Assembly: GCA_046537975.1 (NCBI GenBank)
Contig: JBKHJR010000001.1
Location: 64,688-128,687, forward strand
Source of the DNA: Desulfurivibrionaceae bacterium
GTDB lineage: Bacteria > Desulfobacterota > Desulfobulbia > Desulfobulbales > SURF-16
Direction: 5' to 3'
Length of the DNA stretch: 64,000 bases
The notes beneath the pieces were generated by a model. It was given only the letters and a program-made list of their open reading frames with translations, searched no databases and was not told the DNA's origin. Below are positions 47,278-57,171 of the stretch, piece after piece; within the stretch, counting starts at the first letter, position 1; each line of letters begins with the position of its first letter. Position numbers and translations under genes: made by a program.

Positions 47278-48837
47278 TTAAAGGCCCAGCAGCTGGTAAA
47301 TGCGGTTCATATCCATCTGGGCCCGTACTGCCTCAGCCAGTCGGTCCAGAGCCGGTTCCAGGTCATAACAGGCCAGGATTCTGTTCTTGGCCTTAAGACC
47401 CTGTCTTTCCCGCAGGCCGTCGATAAACCAGCGTCGGAACTGGTCGGCATCAAATATGCCGTGCAGGTAGGAGCCCCAGACCAGGTTGTTGTCCGAAGCG
47501 GCTCCGCCGGTCTCCTCTCCGTCAAGAAGGATAAGGGGTTTTGCTCTGCCGGTGGTCCGGCCGTGATGGATCTCATAGCCGTGAACTGCATGGCCGGAAG
47601 CAAGATGTTTCCCCTCTCTTAGGATCAGGGCCTTGTCCCGGGCCAAACTGGTGGTAAGATCCAGCAGATTGAGACCAGGAACTGTCCCCCGGTCTGATTC
47701 CACCTGGTGGGGATCACTGATTCTACTGCCCAGCATCTGAAAGCCTCCGCAGATCCCTATTACCGGAATCCGGTCCTCTTGGCAGCGGATCCTTATCACC
47801 TCAGCCAGACCGGACCGGCAGAGCCAGTCCAGATCGCTGATTACGTTTTTACTGCCGGGCAGGATTATGGCAGCCGCATCCTCGAGATCAGCGGGTTTAC
47901 GTACTGTTTTGATCCTGACATCGGGTTCATCGATGAATGGTTCGAAGTCGTTAAGGTTTGATATATGGGGTAAATCCACCAGGGCGATGGTAAGTTCCGC
48001 CTTTTTGGAGCTTTCCCGTTCAAAAAGTCCCATCCTGAAGGTTACGGAGTCTTCCTCAGGAAGTCCCAGCTTCTCCAGGTAGTCCACAGTACCCAGAACC
48101 GGTTTTCCGGTTTTTTCTTCAGTGTAGCTGATTGCCTCGGCCAACAGCGATTTTCTGCCCCGGAAACGGTTGATGATAAAGCCTGCCACCAGGTCCTCTT
48201 CCCAGTCCTCCAGGGTCAGCATGGTACCCAGGAAAGAAGCAAAGACCCCGCCCCGGTCGATGTCTCCGGCCAGAAGAACGTGAGCCCCGGCATAGCGGGC
48301 CATGGGCATGTTGACAATATCGTGTTCCTTAAGGTTGATTTCGGCGGGGCTGCCGGCTCCCTCCATGACGATCACATCGAATTCGGAAGCCAGGCTGTCA
48401 TAGGCATCCATTGATTTCTGAAAGGCAACCGGTTTGTAAGCTACGTAATCTTCCACGGTCATGTTGGCCACCGGTTTGCCCATGACAATGATCTGGCTGC
48501 CCGTGTCACTGCTGGGTTTGAGGAGTACCGGGTTCATCCTGACATCCGGATCAAGGCGGCAGGCCTGGGCCTGGACCACCTGGGCCCGTCCCATCTCTTC
48601 CCCCTTCCTGGTGACAAAGGAGTTGAGGGACATGTTCTGGGATTTGTAAGGAGCTACTGCCACCCCGTCCTGCAGCAGGATGCGGCAGATAGCGGTGGTC
48701 AGGATGGATTTACCTGCATTGGAACAGACTCCCTGCAGCATAAGGGAGGGAGTCTCGTTTTTTTTCCTTTTTTTAAAAAGTTCTGCCAGGCTGTTGTTCA
48801 TTTTTTTACGCATTTTTGTTCTGGTAATTAGGGCCAA
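47278..48837 (-). CDS. cobQ: Cobyric acid synthase
   Basis: LMLQGVCSNAGKS P-loop and a C-terminal GATase domain (GICGGFQMLG). The true start is probably an internal Met (MNNSL...). Confidence 0.9.
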   Translation of the reverse strand: MALITRTKMRKKMNNSLAELFKKRKKNETPSLMLQGVCSNAGKSILTTAICRILLQDGVAVAPYKSQNMSLNSFVTRKGEEMGRAQVVQAQACRLDPDVRMNPVLLKPSSDTGSQIIVMGKPVANMTVEDYVAYKPVAFQKSMDAYDSLASEFDVIVMEGAGSPAEINLKEHDIVNMPMARYAGAHVLLAGDIDRGGVFASFLGTMLTLEDWEEDLVAGFIINRFRGRKSLLAEAISYTEEKTGKPVLGTVDYLEKLGLPEEDSVTFRMGLFERESSKKAELTIALVDLPHISNLNDFEPFIDEPDVRIKTVRKPADLEDAAAIILPGSKNVISDLDWLCRSGLAEVIRIRCQEDRIPVIGICGGFQMLGSRISDPHQVESDRGTVPGLNLLDLTTSLARDKALILREGKHLASGHAVHGYEIHHGRTTGRAKPLILLDGEETGGAASDNNLVWGSYLHGIFDADQFRRWFIDGLRERQGLKAKNRILACYDLEPALDRLAEAVRAQMDMNRIYQLLGL

Positions 48838-48972
48838 CAGCCAAAGCTACAACCTTTTGTGTATTTTGCAAGTGATGTTTTGCCCATTTTTCTTGATCGC
48901 TCGGGTAATAAATACTTATATTTAAATTATAAGAAATACGAATGACATATAGTCAATCTACAAAAAGAGGAG

Positions 48973-49362
48973 ATGGTTATGGCATCTGAGCTGACCCGAG
49001 AGGAACTTAAGGAGATCGAGAAAGGACTGCGCGAGCGCCTCACTGAGCTGAGGGAAGAGGTGCGCCGGGAATTACTTGCCACTGAGGAGGAGCATTATAT
49101 CGATCTGGCGGGCCGGGTCCATGATGTCGGCGATTCCTCTACAGCGGACCTCCTTGCTGATCTCAATCTGGTGATCAAGGATACTCATGTTGAGGAAATC
49201 CAGGCCATAGAAGATGCCCTTGAGCGTATACGGGTGATGTCGTACGGCAACTGTCTGGAATGCGGCGAACCGTTAAGGCCGGAACGGCTCAAGGCCTATC
49301 CCACCGCCACCCGATGCTATGAATGCCAGGAGAAATACGAAAGAACTCATCCGGTCTCTTAA
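48973..49362 (+). CDS. DksA/TraR-family C4 zinc-finger protein
   Basis: Coiled-coil N-terminus plus CLECGEPL...RCYECQ, a four-Cys zinc finger. Confidence 0.75.
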   Translation: MVMASELTREELKEIEKGLRERLTELREEVRRELLATEEEHYIDLAGRVHDVGDSSTADLLADLNLVIKDTHVEEIQAIEDALERIRVMSYGNCLECGEPLRPERLKAYPTATRCYECQEKYERTHPVS

Positions 49363-49399
49363 CCGGCATGGTATGGAAAAAAAGCGGCACCCGGAAATA

Positions 49400-50422
49400 T
49401 TACAGCCAGACCCCCTTTATTTCCGAGGAGCAGCCGGGACATTTGCCCTTATCTATCCTGACTCTCTCGGTAAGACCTCCCCGGCGTTCCACTACTGTTT
49501 CCCCGCATTGCGGGCAGGATGTGTTGTTGGTTGCCGGGACGTTGCCCAGGTAGATATAGTGCAGTCCGGCCCTGTCCCCGATTTCCCGGGCCTGTTCCAG
49601 GGACTGGAGGGGGGTGGAGCGCTTGCCGTCGAATTTGTAAGCCGGGTGGAAGGCGCTGATGTGCCAGGGGATGTCCCGGTCAAGTTCGGCAAGAAAAGCG
49701 GTCAGTCCTTCCAATTCTTCCCGGGAGTCATTTTCTCCGGGAATAAGCAGGGTGGTGACCTCCAGCCAGATGCCGAGATCGTGCATGTTTTTGATTGTCT
49801 TGATTACCGGTTTAAGTCTTGCCTGACATAAGTTCTGGTAATATTCATCCCGCCAGGCCTTGAGATCTACATTGGCGGCATCCAGATAAGGGGAGATCGT
49901 CTCCAGGGCTTGATGGGACATATAGCCGTTGGTCACGAAGATGTTTTTCAGTCCCGCTTCCCTGGCCAGTTTAGCAGTCTCGTAGGCATATTCAAAAAAG
50001 ATGGTTGGTTCGGTATAGGTATAGGCTATACTCTGACAATTCGCCTCTTCAGCTTCTGCCACGGCCTGATCCGGTGACAGGGGAATTCCTAATCTTTCTT
50101 CATCACCGGATAACTCTTCAGGCTGGGAAATTCTCCAGTTCTGGCAGAAGGAACAGCGGAAATTGCAGCCCACTGTACCCACGGAATAAGCCCCGGATCC
50201 GGGTAGAAAATGATAAAGCGGTTTCTTCTCTATGGGGTCGATATTGCGGGCGATAACCCTGCCGAAAACCATGGAGTAGAGAGTTCCTCCTTGATTTTGA
50301 CGAACCCGGCAGAATCCGGTTTTTCCCGCCTCTATCCTGCAGTGATGGGAGCAAAGGTAGCACCTGACTTCTTCGTTATCCAGTTTTTTGTAGAGCATTG
50401 CTTCTTTTATCATACCTGCCAC
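49400..50422 (-). CDS. amrS: AmmeMemoRadiSam-system radical SAM enzyme
   Basis: CYLCSHHCRI...GFCRVR... plus GCNFRCSFCQNW (CX3CX2C) and PIEKKPLYHF, the characteristic family pattern. Confidence 0.85.
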   Translation of the reverse strand: MAGMIKEAMLYKKLDNEEVRCYLCSHHCRIEAGKTGFCRVRQNQGGTLYSMVFGRVIARNIDPIEKKPLYHFLPGSGAYSVGTVGCNFRCSFCQNWRISQPEELSGDEERLGIPLSPDQAVAEAEEANCQSIAYTYTEPTIFFEYAYETAKLAREAGLKNIFVTNGYMSHQALETISPYLDAANVDLKAWRDEYYQNLCQARLKPVIKTIKNMHDLGIWLEVTTLLIPGENDSREELEGLTAFLAELDRDIPWHISAFHPAYKFDGKRSTPLQSLEQAREIGDRAGLHYIYLGNVPATNNTSCPQCGETVVERRGGLTERVRIDKGKCPGCSSEIKGVWL

Positions 50423-50459
50423 CTGTCATTAAATTTGTCAGAAGGGGTTTAAGAATAGC

Positions 50460-51110
50460 TCAATACTCATTCCAGCCCTGTTCTCCGGTCAGAGGCACAA
50501 ACCGGCAGCCTCCCAAGGATTCCCTTGCCAGGTTTCCCTTTTTCCTGGTAACCAGAACCAGGTCCTGCAGAAATCGATCCCCCACCGGTATCAGCATTCT
50601 TCCGCCTTCCGCCAGCTGATCCTGCAGCGCTTCGGGTACATCGGGAGCCCCGGCGGTTACCATGATCGAATCAAAAGGCTGATGCTCCTCCCAGCCCAGG
50701 GTGCCGTCCGCGACCTTGGCGGAGAAGTTGTCGTATCCCAGCTCCCGCAGAACATCGACCGCCTTTTCCAGAAGATCCGGGAACTTTTCCACTGTGTAAA
50801 CCCAGGAACTGAGCTCAGCCAGGATGGCTGCCTGATAACCGCTTCCGGTGCCGATCTCCAGAACTTTCTCCTTTCCGGAGAGCTGAAGGGCTTCAGTCAT
50901 CAGAGCCACCATATAAGGCTGGGATATGGTTTGTCCGTCCCCGATGGGCAGGGGGCGGTCGGCATAAGCTTCATATTCCATGTCTTTTCCCACGAAGCGG
51001 TGACGGGGTATCTTCCCCATGGCCTCGAGCAGACGTTCATCCCTTATCCCCCTCCGGACAAGCTGGTCCTCAACCATTCTTTTTCTGGCTTCTTCAAAAT
51101 GTGTCGTCAT
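50460..51110 (-). CDS. pcm: Protein-L-isoaspartate O-methyltransferase
   Basis: QTISQPYMVA and VLEIGTGSGYQAA motifs. The internal ATG at 51110 (MTTHFEEARKRMV) is preferred. Confidence 0.9.
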   Translation of the reverse strand: MTTHFEEARKRMVEDQLVRRGIRDERLLEAMGKIPRHRFVGKDMEYEAYADRPLPIGDGQTISQPYMVALMTEALQLSGKEKVLEIGTGSGYQAAILAELSSWVYTVEKFPDLLEKAVDVLRELGYDNFSAKVADGTLGWEEHQPFDSIMVTAGAPDVPEALQDQLAEGGRMLIPVGDRFLQDLVLVTRKKGNLARESLGGCRFVPLTGEQGWNEY

Positions 51111-51346
51111 AGGCTTATATCCTTTGCAACCAGTGTGGGGATGCTTGATAAAAATGATACGGATATACTGTCTGTTCAATGTATCAGCCTGACCCGGATC
51201 AAGCTGGCATAACAAAGAACTTTTCTATAAATAGTATAATATAGAAAATAAGCCGGGTTCAATTGAAAAAGCGGCGGCAAAATATGAAGGGCCTGCAGGT
51301 ACGGGGAAGGCGGGTTTAATGAGCAGTCCCTGAGGTGAGTATGTTA

Positions 51347-52015
51347 TTATGGTGACTTGCGAAAGACAACCAGAGCTCTTTCCGCTCCGGAGAAGGGGAG
51401 TTGATAATGGTGGATGAAGTGAAGCCTGAAGGGGCTGTCAGGCTGGGAGCTTCTCCACTCCTCTATTTCTTCTTCCGCCCGGGGTCCTTTCATGCAGATT
51501 ACTCTGCCGCCGGGCGGGTTGTATCCTCGGATCAGATCGAGAAAGCCGCTGATTGAGGCAAAGGCGCGGCTGACGATCAGGGGACAGGCATTTTTCCGGG
51601 CTTCGGGTGGAGAAGGTTCAAGACGGGCGGCCATTATCTCCACATTGGTAAGCTTAAGATTTCTTATGATGTGGCGCAGAAAAGTTGTTTTTTTCAGTCT
51701 GGCCTCCACTAAGAGTAGTTCCAGATCAGGGAGGGCTGTTTTCAGGACCAGGCCAGGGAACCCGGCGCCGGTCCCCAGGTCGAGCATACTATTGGTTTCC
51801 AGGTTGGCCAGAATGGGGAGCAGCGCCAGGGAGTCAAGGAAATGCTTGTCTATAATTTCTTGTTCTCCGGTTCTGGCAATCAGGTTTACTTTCCGGTTCC
51901 ATTTGTTCAGCTCCCGGCAGTACCAGGCAAGGTTCTCCAGGTTCTGCCGGGAGAGGACAACCCCCAGATCCCGGCAGCCTTTTGCCAGGAGATCCTCAGG
52001 TTTTTTATTCTTCAC
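51347..52015 (-). CDS. rsmG: 16S rRNA (guanine527-N7)-methyltransferase
   Basis: WNRKVNLIA...HFLDSLAL...LDLGTGAGFPGLVL, typical of GidB/RsmG. Confidence 0.9.
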   Translation of the reverse strand: MKNKKPEDLLAKGCRDLGVVLSRQNLENLAWYCRELNKWNRKVNLIARTGEQEIIDKHFLDSLALLPILANLETNSMLDLGTGAGFPGLVLKTALPDLELLLVEARLKKTTFLRHIIRNLKLTNVEIMAARLEPSPPEARKNACPLIVSRAFASISGFLDLIRGYNPPGGRVICMKGPRAEEEIEEWRSSQPDSPFRLHFIHHYQLPFSGAERALVVFRKSP

Positions 52016-52018
52016 TTG

Positions 52019-53344
52019 CTAATCCCCGGTTTTTCCTGTGTTTTCTCTCCGGATTTCCGCAGAGCGGCTGTGGGCGGTGAGCCCCTCCTGGTCCGCCAGT
52101 CTTTTGATGTGGGGCGCGTCTTTTAAGAGGGCTGTTCTGGGGCAGGATATGAGGCTGCTCTTTTTGAGAAAGGTCTCCACTCCCAAGGCTGAAGAGGTCC
52201 GGGCCGTACCCATGGTGGGCAGGACATGGTTGGGACCGGCCACATAATCACCAAAGGCCTCAGGGCAGTAATCACCCATAAAGATCGCTCCGGCGTTTTT
52301 GACTTGCGGCAGGTAAGACCAGGGATCATCAATCATCAGCTCAAGGTGTTCAGGGGCCAGGTCATTGGCCAGTCCAACAGCCTCCTCCAGGCTGTCGGCA
52401 ATCAGGATGGCCCCCCTGTCTGCAAGGGAGGTTCCGGCTATTTCGCTCCGGCTGAGCTTCTGAAGCTGTTTCTCCAGCTCCTCCACAGTCTGGTTGGCTA
52501 CTTCCGGGCTGGTGGTCACCAGTATGGAGAGGGCCTGGGGGTCATGTTCGGCCTGGGCCAGCATGTCCGCTGCTATGAATGAAGGTTTTGCCCGGTGGTC
52601 CGCTACAATCAGTACTTCGCTGGGACCGGCTATCATGTCGATCCTCACCCGGCCGTTCACCTGCTGTTTGGCTTCGGCCACAAACTTGTTGCCAGGGCCG
52701 ACAATCACCTCCGCCCTGGGAATGGTCTCGGTACCGAAGGCCAGGGCGGCAATAGCCCAGGCACTGCCCAGCTTATATATTTCCGTGATCCCGATTTCCC
52801 GGGCCGCAGCCAGAAGGGCGGGATGCACCTTGCCCTCCCGGTCCGGCGGAGTGACCATGACACGTTTTTCAACCCCGGCAATCCCGGCGGGAATGCCGTT
52901 CATCAGGACGGAAGAAATCAGGGGAGTGCTGCCTCCCTGGCCTCCGGGAACATACAGCCCGGCTGAAGCCACCGGCCTTACCAGTCTGCCGGTAATAACT
53001 CCATCATCCCTGGTAATAAGCCAGGAATCCTCCAGCTCTCTTTCATGGAAGGTCCTGATCCTGTCGCGGGCGACCCTGATACTGTCCAGGAGGTCGCTAT
53101 CAATCAGTCCGGTTGCCTGGTCGATTTCTTCACCGCTGACCTTGAGGCCGGTGATGGTCATGTCCTGGCAGTCGAATTTCCTGGTATATTCCAGAACCGC
53201 CTCGTCCCCGCGGCTGATAATGTCTTTAATAATTGCCGCCACCACTTCCCGGCAGCTGTCGTCCGAACCCTGGAAACGGCCGCTCAGGGACCTGATCTTT
53301 TCCCGGCCCGTCGCCGAAGATGTTTTAACTGGTGAGATAATCAT
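52019..53344 (-). CDS. hisD: Histidinol dehydrogenase
   Basis: Full-length HisD similarity (IAGPSEVLIVAD, AQAEHD, HVLPT). Confidence 0.95.
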   Translation of the reverse strand: MIISPVKTSSATGREKIRSLSGRFQGSDDSCREVVAAIIKDIISRGDEAVLEYTRKFDCQDMTITGLKVSGEEIDQATGLIDSDLLDSIRVARDRIRTFHERELEDSWLITRDDGVITGRLVRPVASAGLYVPGGQGGSTPLISSVLMNGIPAGIAGVEKRVMVTPPDREGKVHPALLAAAREIGITEIYKLGSAWAIAALAFGTETIPRAEVIVGPGNKFVAEAKQQVNGRVRIDMIAGPSEVLIVADHRAKPSFIAADMLAQAEHDPQALSILVTTSPEVANQTVEELEKQLQKLSRSEIAGTSLADRGAILIADSLEEAVGLANDLAPEHLELMIDDPWSYLPQVKNAGAIFMGDYCPEAFGDYVAGPNHVLPTMGTARTSSALGVETFLKKSSLISCPRTALLKDAPHIKRLADQEGLTAHSRSAEIRRENTGKTGD

Positions 53345-53353
53345 AATAATACC

Positions 53354-55162
53354 TTAATCTTCCTTGTCCCTGGTGCATTCTGTTTCAGGTGTATAATTGT
53401 CCCAGGCTTTGTCCTGATAGGTATCATGGCACCTGATGCATTTTCCCACTCTAAGGATTCCGGAAAGTTCTTCCTGATTAAAGGGACGAAGATCTTTTCT
53501 GGAACTGTGCTGCAGGGCCTTACCCTTGATGGTGACAAAGGCATCCAGAGGCGTGGTCTTGCCTGCCGGGGTATCCAGTCCCTGGTGGGCAGGCTCAAAG
53601 TGCCACTCTCCGTCTTCCTTCCAGACCCTGCCCTCGCCCAGGCCCAGGGTTTTGGGCGAGGTGTGGCAGTCGGCGCAGCTCCTGCCTTCGGCCTGAATGG
53701 TATGGGGATTGAGGGCCGCCATAGTCATGCGGTTGAACTGATCTTCAGGTTCTCCCTTTTCATTGATCAGGGTGACAATATCCTGGCAGCCTGGGGTGAC
53801 TATTATTATCTCGTCGTCCCAGAGCGCCAGCATGGGCTCTTCATAACGCAGGAAGGAACGGCCTTCCTCCCACCAGCCCGGGGTCTCTTCCATGGTCAGT
53901 TTGTCCAGATGGGTTTCGGTCTCGTCGCGTTTGACGTGGCAGCCGTAACACTGGGGAACCCAAGGGGAATGACAGGATTGACAGCTCATTCTTTCATGAA
54001 GGGGGTCGTCACAGATCTCTTTTTCAGGAGGTTTCAGAGGATGTCTTTTATCATCCAGCTTCCCCCTGATAAATGGTCCTTTCTGGTCAATATCTATGTT
54101 GTTCAGGATATCACCCTTAGCAGTCATACCAAAGGCGACCTCCTCCTCACCGGCATTTTTTTCATTGTCTGTTTTTCCTTCCCCGTTGTCTGCTGTCTCT
54201 TTTGCCTTCTCCGTTTCCCATTCTTTACGGTCCACTTCGATATGGCAGCTCCGGCAGCGGATCTCGAGCTGATCTTCGTAATGGGCGTAATTCTTGCCGT
54301 CTCCCATGATTTCATCCCTGGTGTGGCAATCAATGCAGGCCATGCCTTTCTCATAGTGGATGTCTGAGGGAAGCGAGAGGTAGTAGCGGCCGCCGGGAAG
54401 GGTCTTGGGGGACATCTCTCCTTCCTGGAGAGGGGTTCCGTAGTTTTCCGATTCGTATTCCCCCTTATAGGATGTGCCGATGCGGCCGCTTCGGTTGTGG
54501 CAGCGGACACAGTTTTCCACCGGCACTTTTTTGTTGATGAAGGGGTGGCTTTCTTTCGCCTTCTCAGGAGGAAGATCGGGGTTATTCTGGTTGTGGCAGG
54601 CGGTACACCCCCCGCCTTTGGTGGCGAAAAAACCTTCCAGGTCACCGCGTTTTTTCCAGAGATGGCAGGTGGCGCAGAGTTTGCGGAAATAGTCCAGGGC
54701 CAGGGAGTTTTTGCCGCTGGTCATGACATTTCTTACCGTGAAGTTGCCGTCCTGGTTCGGGGCTTCCCCCCAGTAGTAGAGCAGGGTGGCGAGAATGCCG
54801 CGGTTGGTGGCCATAAGTGAATTCTTCACCTGCTTGACCGCGGGGCTGTGACAGCCTTCAATGCCGCAGGTCTTCTCCACATGACGAAGATCTCCGGAGT
54901 TGAGGACTATGCCCTGATGGGCCTTTTCCTTGTCAATTGCCAGCCGGTTGCCTAAATGACAGGAAGAACATCCTATGACTTTGGCGGAATGGGCCTTGTC
55001 CAGGACTACATCCTGATGGCAGGCCAGACACATCTCTATCTCGCCGGAAGCTGTCTGGTGGACCTTTTCCGGCCGGTTAACCAGGTTTTCCCGAACGACC
55101 AGGATGAATACCAGTATAAGAAAGAAGAGAAGTATAAGACGGGATCTTTTTTGTTTAGTCAT
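53354..55162 (-). CDS. Membrane-anchored/periplasmic multiheme cytochrome c (11 CxxCH plus 1 CxxxxCH)
   Basis: N-terminal signal anchor (RSRLILLFFLILVFILVV). Heme motifs CLACH, CSSCH, CGIEGCH, CATCH, CTACH, CVRCH, CIDCH, CRSCH, CQSCH, CYGCH, CADCH and CIRCH. The start at 55162 overlaps the nadE stop. Confidence 0.9.
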   Translation of the reverse strand: MTKQKRSRLILLFFLILVFILVVRENLVNRPEKVHQTASGEIEMCLACHQDVVLDKAHSAKVIGCSSCHLGNRLAIDKEKAHQGIVLNSGDLRHVEKTCGIEGCHSPAVKQVKNSLMATNRGILATLLYYWGEAPNQDGNFTVRNVMTSGKNSLALDYFRKLCATCHLWKKRGDLEGFFATKGGGCTACHNQNNPDLPPEKAKESHPFINKKVPVENCVRCHNRSGRIGTSYKGEYESENYGTPLQEGEMSPKTLPGGRYYLSLPSDIHYEKGMACIDCHTRDEIMGDGKNYAHYEDQLEIRCRSCHIEVDRKEWETEKAKETADNGEGKTDNEKNAGEEEVAFGMTAKGDILNNIDIDQKGPFIRGKLDDKRHPLKPPEKEICDDPLHERMSCQSCHSPWVPQCYGCHVKRDETETHLDKLTMEETPGWWEEGRSFLRYEEPMLALWDDEIIIVTPGCQDIVTLINEKGEPEDQFNRMTMAALNPHTIQAEGRSCADCHTSPKTLGLGEGRVWKEDGEWHFEPAHQGLDTPAGKTTPLDAFVTIKGKALQHSSRKDLRPFNQEELSGILRVGKCIRCHDTYQDKAWDNYTPETECTRDKED

Positions 55163-56822
55163 ACTCTGGCAGGCACCTCCCTGCAACAGGCAGATCAGTC
55201 CCGAAATCAAAGGCCCGGGAAGTAAGCCGCAGACCGGGGGGAAGCTGATGCCTTTTAAACTTGTTTTTGTCAAGACGCCTGATCACGTCCTTGACCGTTG
55301 AAGAATCATAGCCTCTGTCGACGATTTCCGCAATAGAGAGCTTTTCTTCCTGCCAGGCCTCAAGGATGCCGTCCAGAATCTTGTAGGCCGGCAGATCATC
55401 CAGGTCTTGCCGGCCGGGAATAAGTTCGGCGCTCGGCGCCTTTTCCAGGCTGGACCCGGGAATGATCTCCCCTGAACCCGAACCCCATTTCCGGTTGAGC
55501 AGGGCTGCCAGTTCATAGACCATGGTTTTGGGAACGTCGGCAAGCGGGGCCAGAGCTCCGCAGGTGTCGCCGTAAAGGGTGCAGTAACCTGTGGCCACTT
55601 CCGATTTATTGCCGGTGGCCAGAAGCAGCCGATTGTACTTGTTGGCCAGGGCCATTAAAAGGACCCCCCGGATTCTGGCCTGGAGGTTGGCTTCAGTAAT
55701 GTCATCCCGTTCCTCCTGAAACAGGGGAGCCAGGGTGTCCTTCAGGGTTTGGAGAGACCGGTCAATAGGGATGATTTCAAAACTTATGCCGAGATTTGCC
55801 GCCAGCTGCCGGGCATCAGCAACACTTTCCGGGGAGGAGATCTCTGAAGGCAGGGCTGCTCCCAGGACGTTTTCCGGCCCCAGGGCCCGGACAGCCGCGG
55901 CGCAGGTCAGGGCGGAATCTATGCCCCCGCTCAGACCGATAACCACCCGGGAAAAACCCGACTTATGCACATAATCCCTGATGCCTGTGACAATTCCCCG
56001 CAGGATGCACTCCAAATCCCTGGGATGCTTTTCCCCACCCGGACTGGCCGCATCCGGTTGTTCACTGCCAACAATAAGCATGCCTTCCTCAAAGGGCGGA
56101 GTAGACTGGCTGAGCTCTCCTTTACTGTTAAAGGTCAGGCATTGGCCGTCAAAGAGCAGGGAGTCCTGCCCCCCCATCTGGTTGACGTAGAGGAGGGGAG
56201 TCTGGTATTTGCGGCAGATCCCGGAAAGCCGGTCGAATCTGGAGCTGATTTCGTCTTTGGTAAAGGGAGTGGCTGCCAGATTGATAAAGAGGTCGGCCCC
56301 GCCGTTGTGGTGGAAGTCGGCTATGGGGCTGTGGATATCCCGGAGACCGTGGTTGTCTTCTTCCGGGATGATCTCCTGTCCCAGGGTGATGCCCAAACGC
56401 CTTCCCTGGAAAGGGACAGGGAGATAGACTTCACCTTTTTCAAAGTAGTCGCCTTCCCGGTAGCTGCCGAAGCTCTCCAGGAGATGTTTGTGGATGACAA
56501 ACTGGATTTTTCCCTCTGCCATTAACACCGCACTGTTATAAAGACCTTTACCGAAAGTTGAATTGTCCCGGCTTATGACCCCGCAGAGAACGGCCATGTC
56601 TCCAATAGTCGCCAGCAGGCGGGCAAAGGCCTGGTCATGGGCCTCCAGAAAAGAGGACCTGCTTAACAGGGACATGGGGGGAGAGCCGCTGAGCACCAGT
56701 TCCGGCAGGATAAGAAGCTGGCAGCCGGCCTCCCGGGCCCGGGCCATTCCGGCTTTTATCTGTTCAATGTTTTTCTGGAAGTCACCAATAACAGGATTGA
56801 TGGACGACAGGGCTATTCTCAT
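55155..56822 (-). CDS. nadE: Glutamine-dependent NAD+ synthetase
   Basis: N-terminal nitrilase/CN-hydrolase domain and C-terminal NAD synthetase domain (GLSGGIDSA). Confidence 0.9.
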   Translation of the reverse strand: MRIALSSINPVIGDFQKNIEQIKAGMARAREAGCQLLILPELVLSGSPPMSLLSRSSFLEAHDQAFARLLATIGDMAVLCGVISRDNSTFGKGLYNSAVLMAEGKIQFVIHKHLLESFGSYREGDYFEKGEVYLPVPFQGRRLGITLGQEIIPEEDNHGLRDIHSPIADFHHNGGADLFINLAATPFTKDEISSRFDRLSGICRKYQTPLLYVNQMGGQDSLLFDGQCLTFNSKGELSQSTPPFEEGMLIVGSEQPDAASPGGEKHPRDLECILRGIVTGIRDYVHKSGFSRVVIGLSGGIDSALTCAAAVRALGPENVLGAALPSEISSPESVADARQLAANLGISFEIIPIDRSLQTLKDTLAPLFQEERDDITEANLQARIRGVLLMALANKYNRLLLATGNKSEVATGYCTLYGDTCGALAPLADVPKTMVYELAALLNRKWGSGSGEIIPGSSLEKAPSAELIPGRQDLDDLPAYKILDGILEAWQEEKLSIAEIVDRGYDSSTVKDVIRRLDKNKFKRHQLPPGLRLTSRAFDFGTDLPVAGRCLPEYD

Positions 56823-57171
56823 AACTAACTATTCTTGTGATGTTTTCTGTTCAATGCTTCTGGGATGGCGGACTGCAGACCTGTTTATTTCATATAGCAT
56901 ATCTGAATCATGACTTAAATCTAATCTGTAATTTTCTAAATACAAGTTATCAAGAACTTTTCCTTGCCATTATCCCCTGTTTTGTACTATATCTGGTTAC
57001 TGGAAGATAGTAATTATTCTTTTTTCAATGTGCTCCTGCTGTCCGGCGGGATGCCTGACAATGTTGTGCTTCCCGGATCAGCCGTTACCTCTTCGAGGGG
57101 CGTTAAGAACGGGCAAAGCGGGAATAATAGCTGGTTGTTAATAAAAAAACAACTCGAACAGAGGAACCGCT

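Noticed and set aside
48838-48972. Looked for a cobalamin riboswitch upstream of cobQ-cbiB
   Set aside because: No B12-box-like (GCCACTG-type) core or extended paired regions are visible in the 135-nt leader. I cannot exclude a divergent element without a covariance-model search.
52494-54367. 287-aa and 313-aa plus-strand ORFs (52494-53357 and 53426-54367)
   Set aside because: Antisense to hisD and to the multiheme cytochrome gene respectively. They are low-complexity shadow frames.
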